NCBI GenBank assembly: GCA_024762835.1 | Contig: JANTGP010000003.1 | Location: 1 to 48,583, forward strand | DNA from: Bacteroidota bacterium | GTDB taxonomy: Bacteria; Bacteroidota; Bacteroidia; Bacteroidales; M50B96 | Direction: 5' to 3' | DNA length: 48,583 nt | In this document: positions 39,064 to 48,583 of the stretch, in pieces | Position numbering within the stretch: position 1 is the first letter of the stretch | How the letters are laid out: the number at the start of each line of letters is the position of its first letter | The notes under the pieces: generated by a model | What the model saw: only the letters and a program-made list of their open reading frames with translations | Told to the model about the DNA's origin: nothing | The model's database searches: none | Made by a program: the position numbers and the translations under genes

Positions 39064-40323
39064 TTATTGAGTTTTTGTTTGACCGGCATCAACAACCTTA
39101 TAGAGTTTATCAGCCCGTCGAATTTTTTCAGGAACAATAATCGAGAAGTTATCACCTTTTACCGCTTGCGAAACCTTTTTTCTTTCCACTCGAATTTCTT
39201 CAACTTTTAGTTCTATTGCACCTGTAGTAGGGCCTGTAATTAAGATGTCGTCTCCGGTTTTTAAATCTCCGGCTTCGAGTAAAAACTCACCAACCTTTAA
39301 ATTGCTAAAGTAGTTCATTCCTTTGCCGATATAAATTTTTCTTTTAGTAGCCTGAGAACCATATTCTTTACTCCATTCGCCAAGCTTACGTCCCATATAA
39401 TAGCCATCCCAGAAACCTCTGTTAAAAACTGTTGTCAGTTTTTCTTCATATTCTTTAGCTAATTTTTGATTATACTCGCCATCAATATATGCATCAACAG
39501 CCTGGCGGTATGTTTCAACTACTGTTTTAACGTATTCGGGTGCACGGGCTCTTCCTTCTATTTTTAGGACTCTTACACCGGCATCAATTATCTTATCAAT
39601 TAAACCGATGGTGCATAAATCTTTTGGCGACATAATATACTCGTTGTCAATTTCGAGTTGGTAGCCTGTTTCTTTTTCGGTAACAGTATATGCCTTACGA
39701 CAAGTCTGACCACATGAACCACGGTTTGCTGATGCATTTTGTTCGTGAAGACTCAAATAGCATTTACCCGACACAGCCATGCAGAGAGCTCCATGTACAA
39801 AAATCTCAATTCGAACAAGTTCACCCGAGGGGCCGGTAATATTTTCTTCTTTTATTGCCTGACTAAGTTTTTTTACCTGGCTCAGACTAAGCTCTCTTGC
39901 AGTTACCATTACATCGCAAAAGCGTGCAAAAAACTTTAATGCTTCAATATTACTGATATTTAACTGGGTTGATGCGTGAATCTCAACTCCTTTTTCAAAT
40001 GCATAATTAATAACAGCCATGTCGGAAGCAATTATGGCAGAAACACCGCTTTCTTTTGCAGTATCAATTATTTGCTTCATCAGAGTAATGTCATGGTCGT
40101 ATATAATTGTGTTTACTGTCAGATATGTCTTTACATTATTTTCTTTACAAGTTGCTATTATTGTTTTTAAATCCTCAGTCGTAAAATTATTTGACGACCT
40201 CGATCGCATATTAAGTTGCTCTATACCAAAATAAACGGAATTTGCTCCGGCATGTATTGCTGCTGCTAATGACTCAAAAGAACCAACAGGAGCCATTATC
40301 TCTATATCACTTTTATTTACCAT
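39064..40323 (-). CDS. U32 peptidase-family Fe-S protein (TrhP-like tRNA hydroxylation candidate)
   Basis: EIMAPVGS, HASTQ, EIFVHGALC with CX6CX15CX3C, SPKDLC, LKIEGR; C-terminal beta-barrel. Confidence 0.92.
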   Translation of the reverse strand: MVNKSDIEIMAPVGSFESLAAAIHAGANSVYFGIEQLNMRSRSSNNFTTEDLKTIIATCKENNVKTYLTVNTIIYDHDITLMKQIIDTAKESGVSAIIASDMAVINYAFEKGVEIHASTQLNISNIEALKFFARFCDVMVTARELSLSQVKKLSQAIKEENITGPSGELVRIEIFVHGALCMAVSGKCYLSLHEQNASANRGSCGQTCRKAYTVTEKETGYQLEIDNEYIMSPKDLCTIGLIDKIIDAGVRVLKIEGRARAPEYVKTVVETYRQAVDAYIDGEYNQKLAKEYEEKLTTVFNRGFWDGYYMGRKLGEWSKEYGSQATKRKIYIGKGMNYFSNLKVGEFLLEAGDLKTGDDILITGPTTGAIELKVEEIRVERKKVSQAVKGDNFSIIVPEKIRRADKLYKVVDAGQTKTQ

Positions 40324-40345
40324 TTCTTAGTTTTAAAATTGTCTG

Positions 40346-40353
40346 CAAAGGTA
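40346..40353 (-). promoter_or_regulatory. Bacteroidota -7 promoter box for the U32 cluster
   Basis: TACCTTTG(C) on the minus strand, 22 bp before the ATG. Confidence 0.65.
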
Positions 40354-40421
40354 TAATTTTGTTTTTGTACTTAGGTAATTGTAAAATGACTAAATCATAT
40401 CTGATAACCACTAATTAATTT

Positions 40422-40429
40422 TATATTTG
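40422..40429 (+). promoter_or_regulatory. Bacteroidota -7 promoter box for pyrE
   Basis: TATATTTG(C) 25 bp before the ATG. Confidence 0.65.
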
Positions 40430-40454
40430 CCGGATATACATAAAACAAAATTAA

Positions 40455-41087
40455 ATGAACAGTACAGCAAATAAACTCATAAGTCAACTCATAGAGATTG
40501 AAGCAATTAAGTTACAACCTGATAATCCTTTTACATGGGCTTCGGGCTGGAAATCACCAATATATTGCGACAACAGAAAAACATTATCTTATCCTGAAGT
40601 ACGTAATTTTATAAAGCAGCAGTTTGCCAATCAGATAAAAGAGCTTTATCCCGAAACTGAAGTAATTGCCGGTGTTGCAACGGGTGCTATTGCAATTGCT
40701 GCTATTGTGGCCGATTATTTAAATTTACCCTTTGTGTATGTTCGTCCTTCCCCAAAATCTCATGGTCTTGAGAACCTTGTAGAGGGAAATCTCGAAGAAA
40801 ATAAAAAAGTACTTATAATTGAAGACCTTATTTCAACAGGTGGAAGCAGCCTTAAGGCAGTTGATGCTATACGAAAAGCCAATTGCGAAGTCTTAGGCAT
40901 GTTAGCCATTTTTACCTATAATTTTCCTGTTTCCGAAGAAAACTTTAGGAAATCGGATTGTCAATTACACACAATTGCCAATTACAATTTATTAATTGAA
41001 TATGCTCTTGAGAAAGATTATATCAGTAAGGATATTTACGCTACACTTAACAGCTGGCGTCAATCACCGGGTACATGGAATAAATAA
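40455..41087 (+). CDS. pyrE: Orotate phosphoribosyltransferase
   Basis: FTWASGWKSPIYCDNR, IIEDLISTGGS PRPP motif. Confidence 0.97.
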   Translation: MNSTANKLISQLIEIEAIKLQPDNPFTWASGWKSPIYCDNRKTLSYPEVRNFIKQQFANQIKELYPETEVIAGVATGAIAIAAIVADYLNLPFVYVRPSPKSHGLENLVEGNLEENKKVLIIEDLISTGGSSLKAVDAIRKANCEVLGMLAIFTYNFPVSEENFRKSDCQLHTIANYNLLIEYALEKDYISKDIYATLNSWRQSPGTWNK

Positions 41088-41118
41088 TGGAGCAAATAAA
41101 CCTAATTGGAAATAAGCT

Positions 41119-41538
41119 ATGACACGATTTGAAAGTCACCAACGAAAAATTAACAAGCCGGCTGAAGTTATTTTTACTTTCCTTTCTGATTTTAATAATT
41201 TCCGTCAGGCTATTCCGGCTGATAAAGTAGAGGATTGGATCTCAGATTCGGATACTTGCAGTTTCTCGGTAAAAGGAGTGGGCAAAGTTGCTTTAAGGAT
41301 GATGGAAAGGACACCTTACAAATTGATTAAAATAGTGAATGACAAAGGAACAAAACATGAATTTAAAGTTTGGTTTCAGCTAAAACAAATAGATGCAAGC
41401 GACACACGCATTAGAATCATTCTCGATGCAAAATTACCTGCAATGGTAAAGATGGTAGCAAAAAAGCCTCTACAGAAATTTGTCACTACTTTGATTGACC
41501 AAATAGCTGACGGTTTTAATAATCAGGCTTCGGTTTAG
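41119..41538 (+). CDS. SRPBCC/CoxG-like protein
   Basis: IFTFLSDFNNFRQAIP N-terminus and C-terminal helix typical of the SRPBCC fold; directly follows pyrE. Confidence 0.7.
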   Translation: MTRFESHQRKINKPAEVIFTFLSDFNNFRQAIPADKVEDWISDSDTCSFSVKGVGKVALRMMERTPYKLIKIVNDKGTKHEFKVWFQLKQIDASDTRIRIILDAKLPAMVKMVAKKPLQKFVTTLIDQIADGFNNQASV

Positions 41539-41716
41539 TATTTTTACTGAATCTCCCTATTGATTTGTCAAATGTATAGGAGCTGTTTCTTAAAAGAAAG
41601 GAACCGAGTTTGCGAGCTCAACGAAGTTAATTATTATAATCCTCCTTAATGTTTTTTAAGAAATAGTGATAAAATTAATTTACTCTTTTTTGCTTAGATA
41701 TACTATAGTGAATTAC

Positions 41717-41724
41717 TATCTTTG
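41717..41724 (+). promoter_or_regulatory. Bacteroidota -7 promoter box for dxs
   Basis: TATCTTTG(C) 23 bp before the ATG. Confidence 0.65.
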
Positions 41725-41747
41725 CCATTGCTGAAAAGATAATTTGT

Positions 41748-43658
41748 ATGCAAATAAAACCGGGACAATTACTACGTAAAATCGATTCACCAGATGACTT
41801 AAAGAAGTTAAGTAGTGAAGAGCTTTTGCAATTATCTAAAGAGTTAAGACAATATATTATTGATATTGTTTCCTCAAATCCCGGACATTTCGGTGCCAGC
41901 CTAGGTGTTGTTGAATTAACAATAGCACTCCATTATGTTTTTAATACACCATACGATTTATTGGTTTGGGATGTCGGACATCAGGCATATGGACATAAGA
42001 TACTTACCGGAAGGCGTGATGTGTTTGAGACAAACAGAAAATACAAGGGAATAAGCGGATTCCCAAAGCCCGATGAAAGTATTTATGATTCTTTTGGCGT
42101 AGGACATTCATCAACATCAATTTCGGCTGCTCTTGGAATGGCTATTGCTGCAAAGCAAAAGGGTGAAGACGACCGACAGATAGTTGCAATAATAGGTGAT
42201 GGTTCAATGACAGCAGGACTTGCTTTTGAGGGTCTCAACAATGCAGGAATTGCAATGTCAAATATATTAGTCATTTTAAATGATAATAATATGGCTATTG
42301 ACCCTAATGTTGGTGCTTTTAAAGAATATTTGCTTGATATTACTACTTCGCAAACGTACAACAAGATTAAAGACGATATTTGGAGATTACTTGGTAAGCT
42401 TAGCAAGTACGGTCCTGATACACGTCGTATTGCTCAGAAAATTGAATCGGGTATTAAGTTGGCTATGCTTAAACAAAGCAATTTGTTCGAATCAATGAAC
42501 TTTAGATATTTTGGACCAGTTGACGGACACGATGTGATTTATCTTACAAAAGTGCTGGAAGACTTAAAAAATATTCCGGGGCCAAAATTGTTACATGTGC
42601 ATACAAAAAAAGGGAAAGGTTTTAAAACTGCCGAGCAAAACCAAACTGTGTGGCATGCACCAGGAAAATTTAATAAAGATACGGGCGAAATTCTCAAATC
42701 AGATTCAAAGCTGGAGTTGCCGCCAAAATATCAGGATGTTTTTGGTAATACCTTAGTAGAGCTTGCCGAAAAAAATGAAAAGATTATCGGAATAACACCG
42801 GCAATGCCAAGCGGGTCGTCAATGAATATTATGATGGAAAAAATGCCTGAGAGAGCTTTTGATGTTGGTATAGCAGAGCAACACGCCGTAACTTTTTCGG
42901 CAGGTTTGGCCATTCAGGGATTGATGCCTTTTTGTAATATTTATTCAAGCTTTATGCAAAGAGCCTACGACCAGGTTATCCACGATGTTGCATTGCAAAA
43001 TCTTAATGTTGTTTTCTGTCTTGACAGGGGAGGTTTAGTTGGTGCCGACGGTGCAACTCATCATGGGGTTTTTGATATAGCCTATATGCGTTTAATACCA
43101 AACCTTGTTGTTTCGTCGCCAATGAATGAAGAAGAACTCCGAAATTTAATGTTTACTGCTCAATTAGATAATCAAGGTCCTTTTGTGATTCGATATCCGC
43201 GAGGAAGGGGCACCACTGTTAATTGGAGAAGCCCGATGAAAGAAATAAAAACCGGCAAAGGCAGAATTATAAAAGAGGGAGAAGATCTTGCTTTTTTAAG
43301 CATTGGACCATTGGGGAATAATATTGTAAAAGCATGTGATATTTTAGGCAAAGAAAATATTTCAACAGCTCATTACGACTTGCGATTTGCAAAACCTCTT
43401 GATGAAGAGTTGCTACATGAAATATTCAATAAATTTGATAAGATAATAAGTATCGAAGATGGCACAATTATAGGCGGCTTTGGCTCGGCAATCCTTGAGT
43501 TTATGAATAGTAGTAACTACAATGCTAAACTTATTCGACTTGGTATACCCGATAATTTTATCGAACATGGCAGCCAGGACGAGTTGTATGCAGAGTGCGG
43601 TCTGGACGTAAAAGGAGTGGTGAAGACAGCAAAGGAGTTATTAGCACAAAAAGTGTAA
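41748..43658 (+). CDS. dxs: 1-deoxy-D-xylulose-5-phosphate synthase
   Basis: [24 protein letters not shown]...[25 protein letters not shown]. Confidence 0.98.
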   Translation: MQIKPGQLLRKIDSPDDLKKLSSEELLQLSKELRQYIIDIVSSNPGHFGASLGVVELTIALHYVFNTPYDLLVWDVGHQAYGHKILTGRRDVFETNRKYKGISGFPKPDESIYDSFGVGHSSTSISAALGMAIAAKQKGEDDRQIVAIIGDGSMTAGLAFEGLNNAGIAMSNILVILNDNNMAIDPNVGAFKEYLLDITTSQTYNKIKDDIWRLLGKLSKYGPDTRRIAQKIESGIKLAMLKQSNLFESMNFRYFGPVDGHDVIYLTKVLEDLKNIPGPKLLHVHTKKGKGFKTAEQNQTVWHAPGKFNKDTGEILKSDSKLELPPKYQDVFGNTLVELAEKNEKIIGITPAMPSGSSMNIMMEKMPERAFDVGIAEQHAVTFSAGLAIQGLMPFCNIYSSFMQRAYDQVIHDVALQNLNVVFCLDRGGLVGADGATHHGVFDIAYMRLIPNLVVSSPMNEEELRNLMFTAQLDNQGPFVIRYPRGRGTTVNWRSPMKEIKTGKGRIIKEGEDLAFLSIGPLGNNIVKACDILGKENISTAHYDLRFAKPLDEELLHEIFNKFDKIISIEDGTIIGGFGSAILEFMNSSNYNAKLIRLGIPDNFIEHGSQDELYAECGLDVKGVVKTAKELLAQKV

Positions 43659-43847
43659 CAAACACCTAAGCATTGGTATTGCCGCTACTTCGACAGGCTC
43701 AGTAAGCTACTTTGTCTAAGCTCAAAAATACGTCATGCTATATTCCTGAAAGAAATACACAAGCGAATAAATATACTTGGTTTTAATTGAGTTAATGAAT
43801 TATATATATTAATTTCAGTACATTGTCGAATGTGAAATGAAGGTGAT

Positions 43848-43882
43848 AAAAAAAGGGCTACTCAATCTGAGTAGCCCTTTTT
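43848..43882. terminator. Bidirectional intrinsic terminator between dxs and the large T9SS gene
   Basis: AAAAAGGGCTACTCA-ATC-TGAGTAGCCCTTTTT perfect stem. Confidence 0.9.
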
Positions 43883-43905
43883 ATTTATTATTCAAACTAC
43901 AAGTA

Positions 43906-46900
43906 TTACTTTACAACTTGCAATGAATTTGTTTTGCTTATAGTTGATGTGTTAAGTGTGTATAAATAAACACCAGCTTCGTAAGCAGATGTATTTAACA
44001 TTACTTTGTGTGTTCCTGCCAAAGTATATTCCGAAACTAATACCTCAACAACTTCACCAATTGAATTATAAACTGTTAAATTCACATAAGAGTCATTATC
44101 AATTGAATACTCAATCTCGGTATATGAAAGAGCAGGATTTGGATAGTTGTTTAAAGCTAAACCGTCAACCATGCTAAGTTTAGCTACTACACTTATGGCG
44201 TTATTTGCATAAATATCACTACCGCTTTCCCAACTCTCAACAATTACAGAACTCTCGTTTCCTGAGTTGTGATTCCAATTACGAATAGTAAATGAATTTC
44301 CTGTTTCACAAGCTGCGTTTGTAAATTCATCATTTCCCCATATTGTAATAGCAAGGTTTTCACCTGTAAATACGCTGCTGCCAACAAGAATTCCATTGGC
44401 ATTAAAAACACCAATCTCGTCACCAATTGAAGGTGTATTTTGCCATGCAGTTAGTGGAATACCAAGTGTCATGTTACTACCGGTATTAAGCTCATTTTGA
44501 AAATAAGTATTTGATGAACTGCTTTTTGCTGATTGAGCTAAAGGTCCGTTTGCAGGATAAGAATATGTTTGTGTAGTAATCATATTTAATTGATAACCTG
44601 CACCGGGAACCATATTTCCTATTGCATTAACACCATAAAGTGGCCAGTAAACCAAACCTTCACCGTTTTTACATAGAACCATATCAGCAGCTATAGGTGC
44701 AAATAAAACAGTAATATCAGCAGGGCTTGTTCTTAAGTAACCAATAATGCTCCATCCGGCAGTAAATGTCAATGGAGTTGTCTCAGGCACCACAGTTGTT
44801 CCTGTAATATCAAGTGTTTGTGCTGTAATTAAATTTATCTGATATCCTTCGCCAATTGTTAAATTGCCAATTGCATTTAATAGGAAAGCAGGCCAGAAAA
44901 CTAAGCCATCACCATCTTTAACTATACGAACTTCTGAAATAATAGGTGCAAAAATATCATCTAATGATGGAGTAAAAGGATCGATATAAGTTGAGAAAAT
45001 ACTCCATCCTGCAATTATTGAAATAGACTGTGCGTCACCAATAACAGTAATATCTTCGATATCAGCTGAGTCGCGAGGTTCAAGTTTGTAATTACCATAT
45101 GAGAAAGTAATAACACCTGTAACATTATATTGATTAGCTGAATCAGGTATGAAAGAGTAAATCAAATCGTCAACAGTACAAGCACCCGAACCATCATCAA
45201 TTACCCATTCGCCATATCCTGCATCAGGGTCAGTACATGTAGCTGCAACTGCCTGAACAAGTACACCTTCATATGCTTCTTCTGAATTCAAGTCGAATGT
45301 AGAAGTAACAGCGGCTGGAGGTAAAACATTACCCGAACTATTTAATGTATAGCTCAATAAGTTTTTAAGTTCAGTAAGGTTATAATATTCTGCAACCTCG
45401 GCAATAATAGTAATATTATCTCCAATGGCGGGTGAATTATTTGTATCATAAACATAAACGCCATTCCATGCACCTGTTCCGTCTTGTAAGAAATATCCAT
45501 ATGAAGTAAGAGCTGTAACAAGTCCTGTTGTTTGCACATTCTGACCTACATAAGGTGAATCACCGGATGGGTCGGTTGTATATTGAATATCGTAAATTGT
45601 AACAGCTGCACTAGGTTCTTCGTCGTTATACCAAAAATCAAGAACGTTTGCACCGCTTTGTACAATATAAGTCCTGTTTGGTCCACCACCTGGGAATTCA
45701 GATGTAGCCCAATCGCCGTTAATGCGGAATTTAAACTCTAAGGTATCACCAACTGTAACACCCGGGTAGGTAATGGAATAAATACCATCGGCATCAGGGT
45801 CGGCAAGTAAATCGCCTACCCATGAATTGTAATTACCTGCAACATCAAGAGAATCTGTTGCTGCAACAAAATTACCGATTGTTTCCTGATAAGTCATGTT
45901 TACATTAAATGTAACATCTTCGGTAGTTGAAAATACATGAGGATGGAAACCTAAATAATCAAATGTATTTGAATCAAATACAACCCACTCTGAGTTAGTT
46001 GCATCTGTTCCTTCTGAAGCAGTCCAATCGGTATTTCCTGTTCCAACAGTAGCTTTTCTTATTAGTGTATGGTTTGCAGTTGCAGTTGTAACTCCTGCTA
46101 CGTCCCAACCATCTCCAGGGTTAACAGATGGGTCACCAAAAACATCAATCATAAGAGTATCATTGCCAATTATTTTATATAATCCTCGGGCATCATTACC
46201 ATTAAATCCAACTACATATGCCGATTGATTGTAGGCGAATACCTCATCGGCAACAGCAAGAACTGCAGAGTCGGCAGAACTGTTTGCTATTACCCACACA
46301 GCACCGGGAGCTAAAGTTGCACCGGCAGGAAAAACATGATAACCACTCCAAGGATTACCATTATAGTTTGTGTAAATTAAATAGTTATCAAGGTAAGCGG
46401 TATCAGCTGTAGGATTATAAATTTCTAATGCTTTGTTATTACTTGAGCCTTCGATATACTCGGAAAAGAAAATATCATCAGGTAATGCAGGCATAGCATC
46501 ATCATACCAATGAGTTACTTCATTTGTTATATTGGCGTCAACTGTATATTGTCTGTTTCCTTGTCCTGCCAATTCCCAGTTTGTGTTAATTCTGAATTTG
46601 TATTCAACAAGGTCGGCATCATGAAATCCACCGATTGTTACAGAATAAATGCTGTCGCCATCAGGGTCAGCCATTGTTGTTCCACCAAAACCATTCATAC
46701 TACCGGCAACATCAACAGAGTCTACACCAATGGTGAAGTTTCCAAGTGTTATTTGATAGCTCATATTTACATTAAAAGTAACATCAATATTACCGGGAGC
46801 TGGAATTACATATGCAGTTTGTCCGGTATAAGTTCCGTCTGTGTTAACAGTAAAAGTCAGGTTGCTACCATCAATCAGCCAAAGACCATTAGGAGAACCA

Positions 46901-48078
46901 TCATTTTCAATAGCACCCCATTCATGATTGCCGCCTTCAACTGATAATATTACCGTCCATATATGGTCATTAGCAGTGACATCGCCATTTGTTCCATCGT
47001 CATACATTTGTTCGGTTGCCCAGCCTGTCATTGTTCCTTTTATTTCAATGTCAAGGTAAGAAGCGGTACCATCTTCAACTGTAAAAGTAACATCAACAGG
47101 ACCTGAGTTGTCATCATAATAATGATCAACAACATTAGTACCTGCTACAGTTGTATATGATCTGTTTGGTTGACCGTTAAGCTCTGCAGATGCCCAACTT
47201 CCGTTAATACGGAATTTGTATTCCCATGTTGTTCCTACTGCAATACCGGTAAATGTAGCAGAATATACGCCATCGCTATCAGGGTCAGCCATTGTAGTTC
47301 CGTTCCATGTATTCATATCGCCGGCAACATCAACAGAGTCAACTGCTGGGTCGAAATTACCAAGTGTTATTTGGTAGTTCATATCAACATTCATTGTTAC
47401 ATCAACAGTAGGTGTACCTGCATCTTCGTAAACCACAATATTGTCGAAAGCAATTTCTTCACTTCCTGAGTTCATTAAAAGACGAACTCTAACTACAATA
47501 GAACTTGCAGTTGGGTCGATATCATAAGAGAAAGTTTGGAAAGTAGCTGTTAATTGTGTTCCTGTTTCATTAGCAAATCCATCTAAATCTGTGTCTTCTC
47601 TCATGTCGCCATTAGTGGCATCGCCGTTTACCCAGTCGTGTCCGTAAAATGCACCAAGAGTAGTAAAAGTACCTGAGCCGTCTTTTTCATATTCAAAAAT
47701 AATATAATCGGCATCATCATATTTGTCTGTTCTGGGAGCAGCAAGCATAATTGATGCTTTTACATTTGAATATCCACTAACAGATACAGAAGGAAGAGTA
47801 ACTGAACATTCACCTGGCATACCGTCTGCGTCGGTATCTTCAGCACCAATGTAGTATAAACCATCCTCACCTGTAAGTGCTACCATTCCAAAATCGCCAT
47901 CCATTCCCCAAAGGAAATAATCGCCATATCCATCAGTTTGAAAGTCTGGAGTGTTTGTAATACTTAGAGTGTCGTCAAATGTTTCGGTATAAATTACCGT
48001 TTGACCAAACGAAAAACTTGCTATTAAAATAATTGCAAGAAAAGTTGAAAGTTTTTTTAAAAAATAATTCTTTTTCAT
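43906..48078 (-). CDS. Large T9SS-secreted multidomain protein: three CBM20/CBM48-like repeats, lamin-tail domain, OB-fold pair, CTD
   Basis: Signal peptide; three DVT.NV.M.YQ...DVAG...DPD.D..YS...(Y/F)KFRIN units; FFSEYIEGSSNNKALEIYNP; SPYVGQNVQTTGLVT...GYFLQD; NYPNP CTD. Confidence 0.88.
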   Translation of the reverse strand: MKKNYFLKKLSTFLAIILIASFSFGQTVIYTETFDDTLSITNTPDFQTDGYGDYFLWGMDGDFGMVALTGEDGLYYIGAEDTDADGMPGECSVTLPSVSVSGYSNVKASIMLAAPRTDKYDDADYIIFEYEKDGSGTFTTLGAFYGHDWVNGDATNGDMREDTDLDGFANETGTQLTATFQTFSYDIDPTASSIVVRVRLLMNSGSEEIAFDNIVVYEDAGTPTVDVTMNVDMNYQITLGNFDPAVDSVDVAGDMNTWNGTTMADPDSDGVYSATFTGIAVGTTWEYKFRINGSWASAELNGQPNRSYTTVAGTNVVDHYYDDNSGPVDVTFTVEDGTASYLDIEIKGTMTGWATEQMYDDGTNGDVTANDHIWTVILSVEGGNHEWGAIENDGSPNGLWLIDGSNLTFTVNTDGTYTGQTAYVIPAPGNIDVTFNVNMSYQITLGNFTIGVDSVDVAGSMNGFGGTTMADPDGDSIYSVTIGGFHDADLVEYKFRINTNWELAGQGNRQYTVDANITNEVTHWYDDAMPALPDDIFFSEYIEGSSNNKALEIYNPTADTAYLDNYLIYTNYNGNPWSGYHVFPAGATLAPGAVWVIANSSADSAVLAVADEVFAYNQSAYVVGFNGNDARGLYKIIGNDTLMIDVFGDPSVNPGDGWDVAGVTTATANHTLIRKATVGTGNTDWTASEGTDATNSEWVVFDSNTFDYLGFHPHVFSTTEDVTFNVNMTYQETIGNFVAATDSLDVAGNYNSWVGDLLADPDADGIYSITYPGVTVGDTLEFKFRINGDWATSEFPGGGPNRTYIVQSGANVLDFWYNDEEPSAAVTIYDIQYTTDPSGDSPYVGQNVQTTGLVTALTSYGYFLQDGTGAWNGVYVYDTNNSPAIGDNITIIAEVAEYYNLTELKNLLSYTLNSSGNVLPPAAVTSTFDLNSEEAYEGVLVQAVAATCTDPDAGYGEWVIDDGSGACTVDDLIYSFIPDSANQYNVTGVITFSYGNYKLEPRDSADIEDITVIGDAQSISIIAGWSIFSTYIDPFTPSLDDIFAPIISEVRIVKDGDGLVFWPAFLLNAIGNLTIGEGYQINLITAQTLDITGTTVVPETTPLTFTAGWSIIGYLRTSPADITVLFAPIAADMVLCKNGEGLVYWPLYGVNAIGNMVPGAGYQLNMITTQTYSYPANGPLAQSAKSSSSNTYFQNELNTGSNMTLGIPLTAWQNTPSIGDEIGVFNANGILVGSSVFTGENLAITIWGNDEFTNAACETGNSFTIRNWNHNSGNESSVIVESWESGSDIYANNAISVVAKLSMVDGLALNNYPNPALSYTEIEYSIDNDSYVNLTVYNSIGEVVEVLVSEYTLAGTHKVMLNTSAYEAGVYLYTLNTSTISKTNSLQVVK

Positions 48079-48314
48079 AATTCTCAGATTAATTAAACAT
48101 TATTTAAAAGTGTCTCTTTTATTTCAAAAATGAGCTAAGCAAGTTAGTTAAAAGCATTGGTTAAAACAAAATTTATTGCTAACAAGCTCTAATAACTTTT
48201 TAAACATATAAAAAGCACGCTTTGTTATTAGTTAAAAATAACTTAGCTTTTTGAATCATGACAAATATCTTGTTTATTTATCAACAATTTTTATTAATTT
48301 ACATTAATTTATTA

Positions 48315-48583
48315 TTAAGGGGACTTCTAAAAATTCATTCGCATCAAGATTATCATAATTTTTCATAGGCGATTTAATTTTTAGAAGTACTATCGGGATA
48401 ATACAATAAAAATTAAAGAAGTATATGGAAAATTATAAAAACCCTTTGGGAACAAATATATCAAACAATCTGACTGCCTAATATTTTATTTAATATAGCT
48501 CGCTATTATAAAAAAATATTAGTTGCATCTTATTTGTTATATTTTGTTTCTTGAAAGAAATGAATTTTTAGAAGTCCCCTTAA
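48315..48583. mobile_element. MITE (non-autonomous IS derivative) with 21-bp perfect TIRs flanked by TTAA
   Basis: TTAA-GGGGACTTCTAAAAATTCATT (48315-48339) is the exact reverse complement of 48559-48583; no transposase ORF inside. Confidence 0.85.

Noticed and set aside
41539-41747. TPP riboswitch upstream of the TPP-dependent dxs
   Set aside because: The conserved CTGAGA and ACCTGA...GGGA elements are absent, and the promoter box lies only 23 bp from the ATG.
46510-47469. Antisense ORFs (144 aa and 99 aa) and the other short overlapping ORFs in the track
   Set aside because: Shadow frames of well-supported genes; their mutual similarity simply mirrors the repeats on the coding strand.
1-48583. 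CRISPR array, tRNA/rRNA, prophage, transposase or integrase genes
   Set aside because: No regularly spaced direct repeats, no RNA-gene signatures, and no ORF with DDE, HUH or tyrosine/serine recombinase motifs were seen.

Overview
AT-rich chromosomal segment from a Bacteroidota organism, most likely an anaerobic Bacteroidales relative. Evidence: five T9SS C-terminal-domain cargo proteins, TAnnTTTG promoter boxes, the purN<>acpP-fabF-rnc arrangement, long-form IspG and an S46 peptidase. Most of the window is housekeeping (fldA, ilvE, rnc, fabF, acpP, purN, ettA, lipB, lipA, ispG, recQ, pyrE, dxs). Five loci stand out. (1) A 725-bp solitary integron-like gene cassette (19350-20074) with a split attC-like hairpin sits between two convergent genes, with no integrase in the window. 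(2) A GNAT / NAD-dependent reductase / Aur1-like PAP2 operon looks like a bacterial ceramide synthesis and head-group cluster. (3) A 269-bp MITE with perfect terminal inverted repeats lies at the window end, and solo copies of its end occur in three other intergenic spacers. (4) There is a complete AmmeMemoRadiSam A-S-B operon. (5) There is a U32 hydroxylase-ferredoxin-flavoprotein cluster. Three single-base frameshifts at A/T runs may be assembly errors. No rRNA, tRNA or CRISPR array was seen. All calls come from reading motifs by eye; no database search was run.
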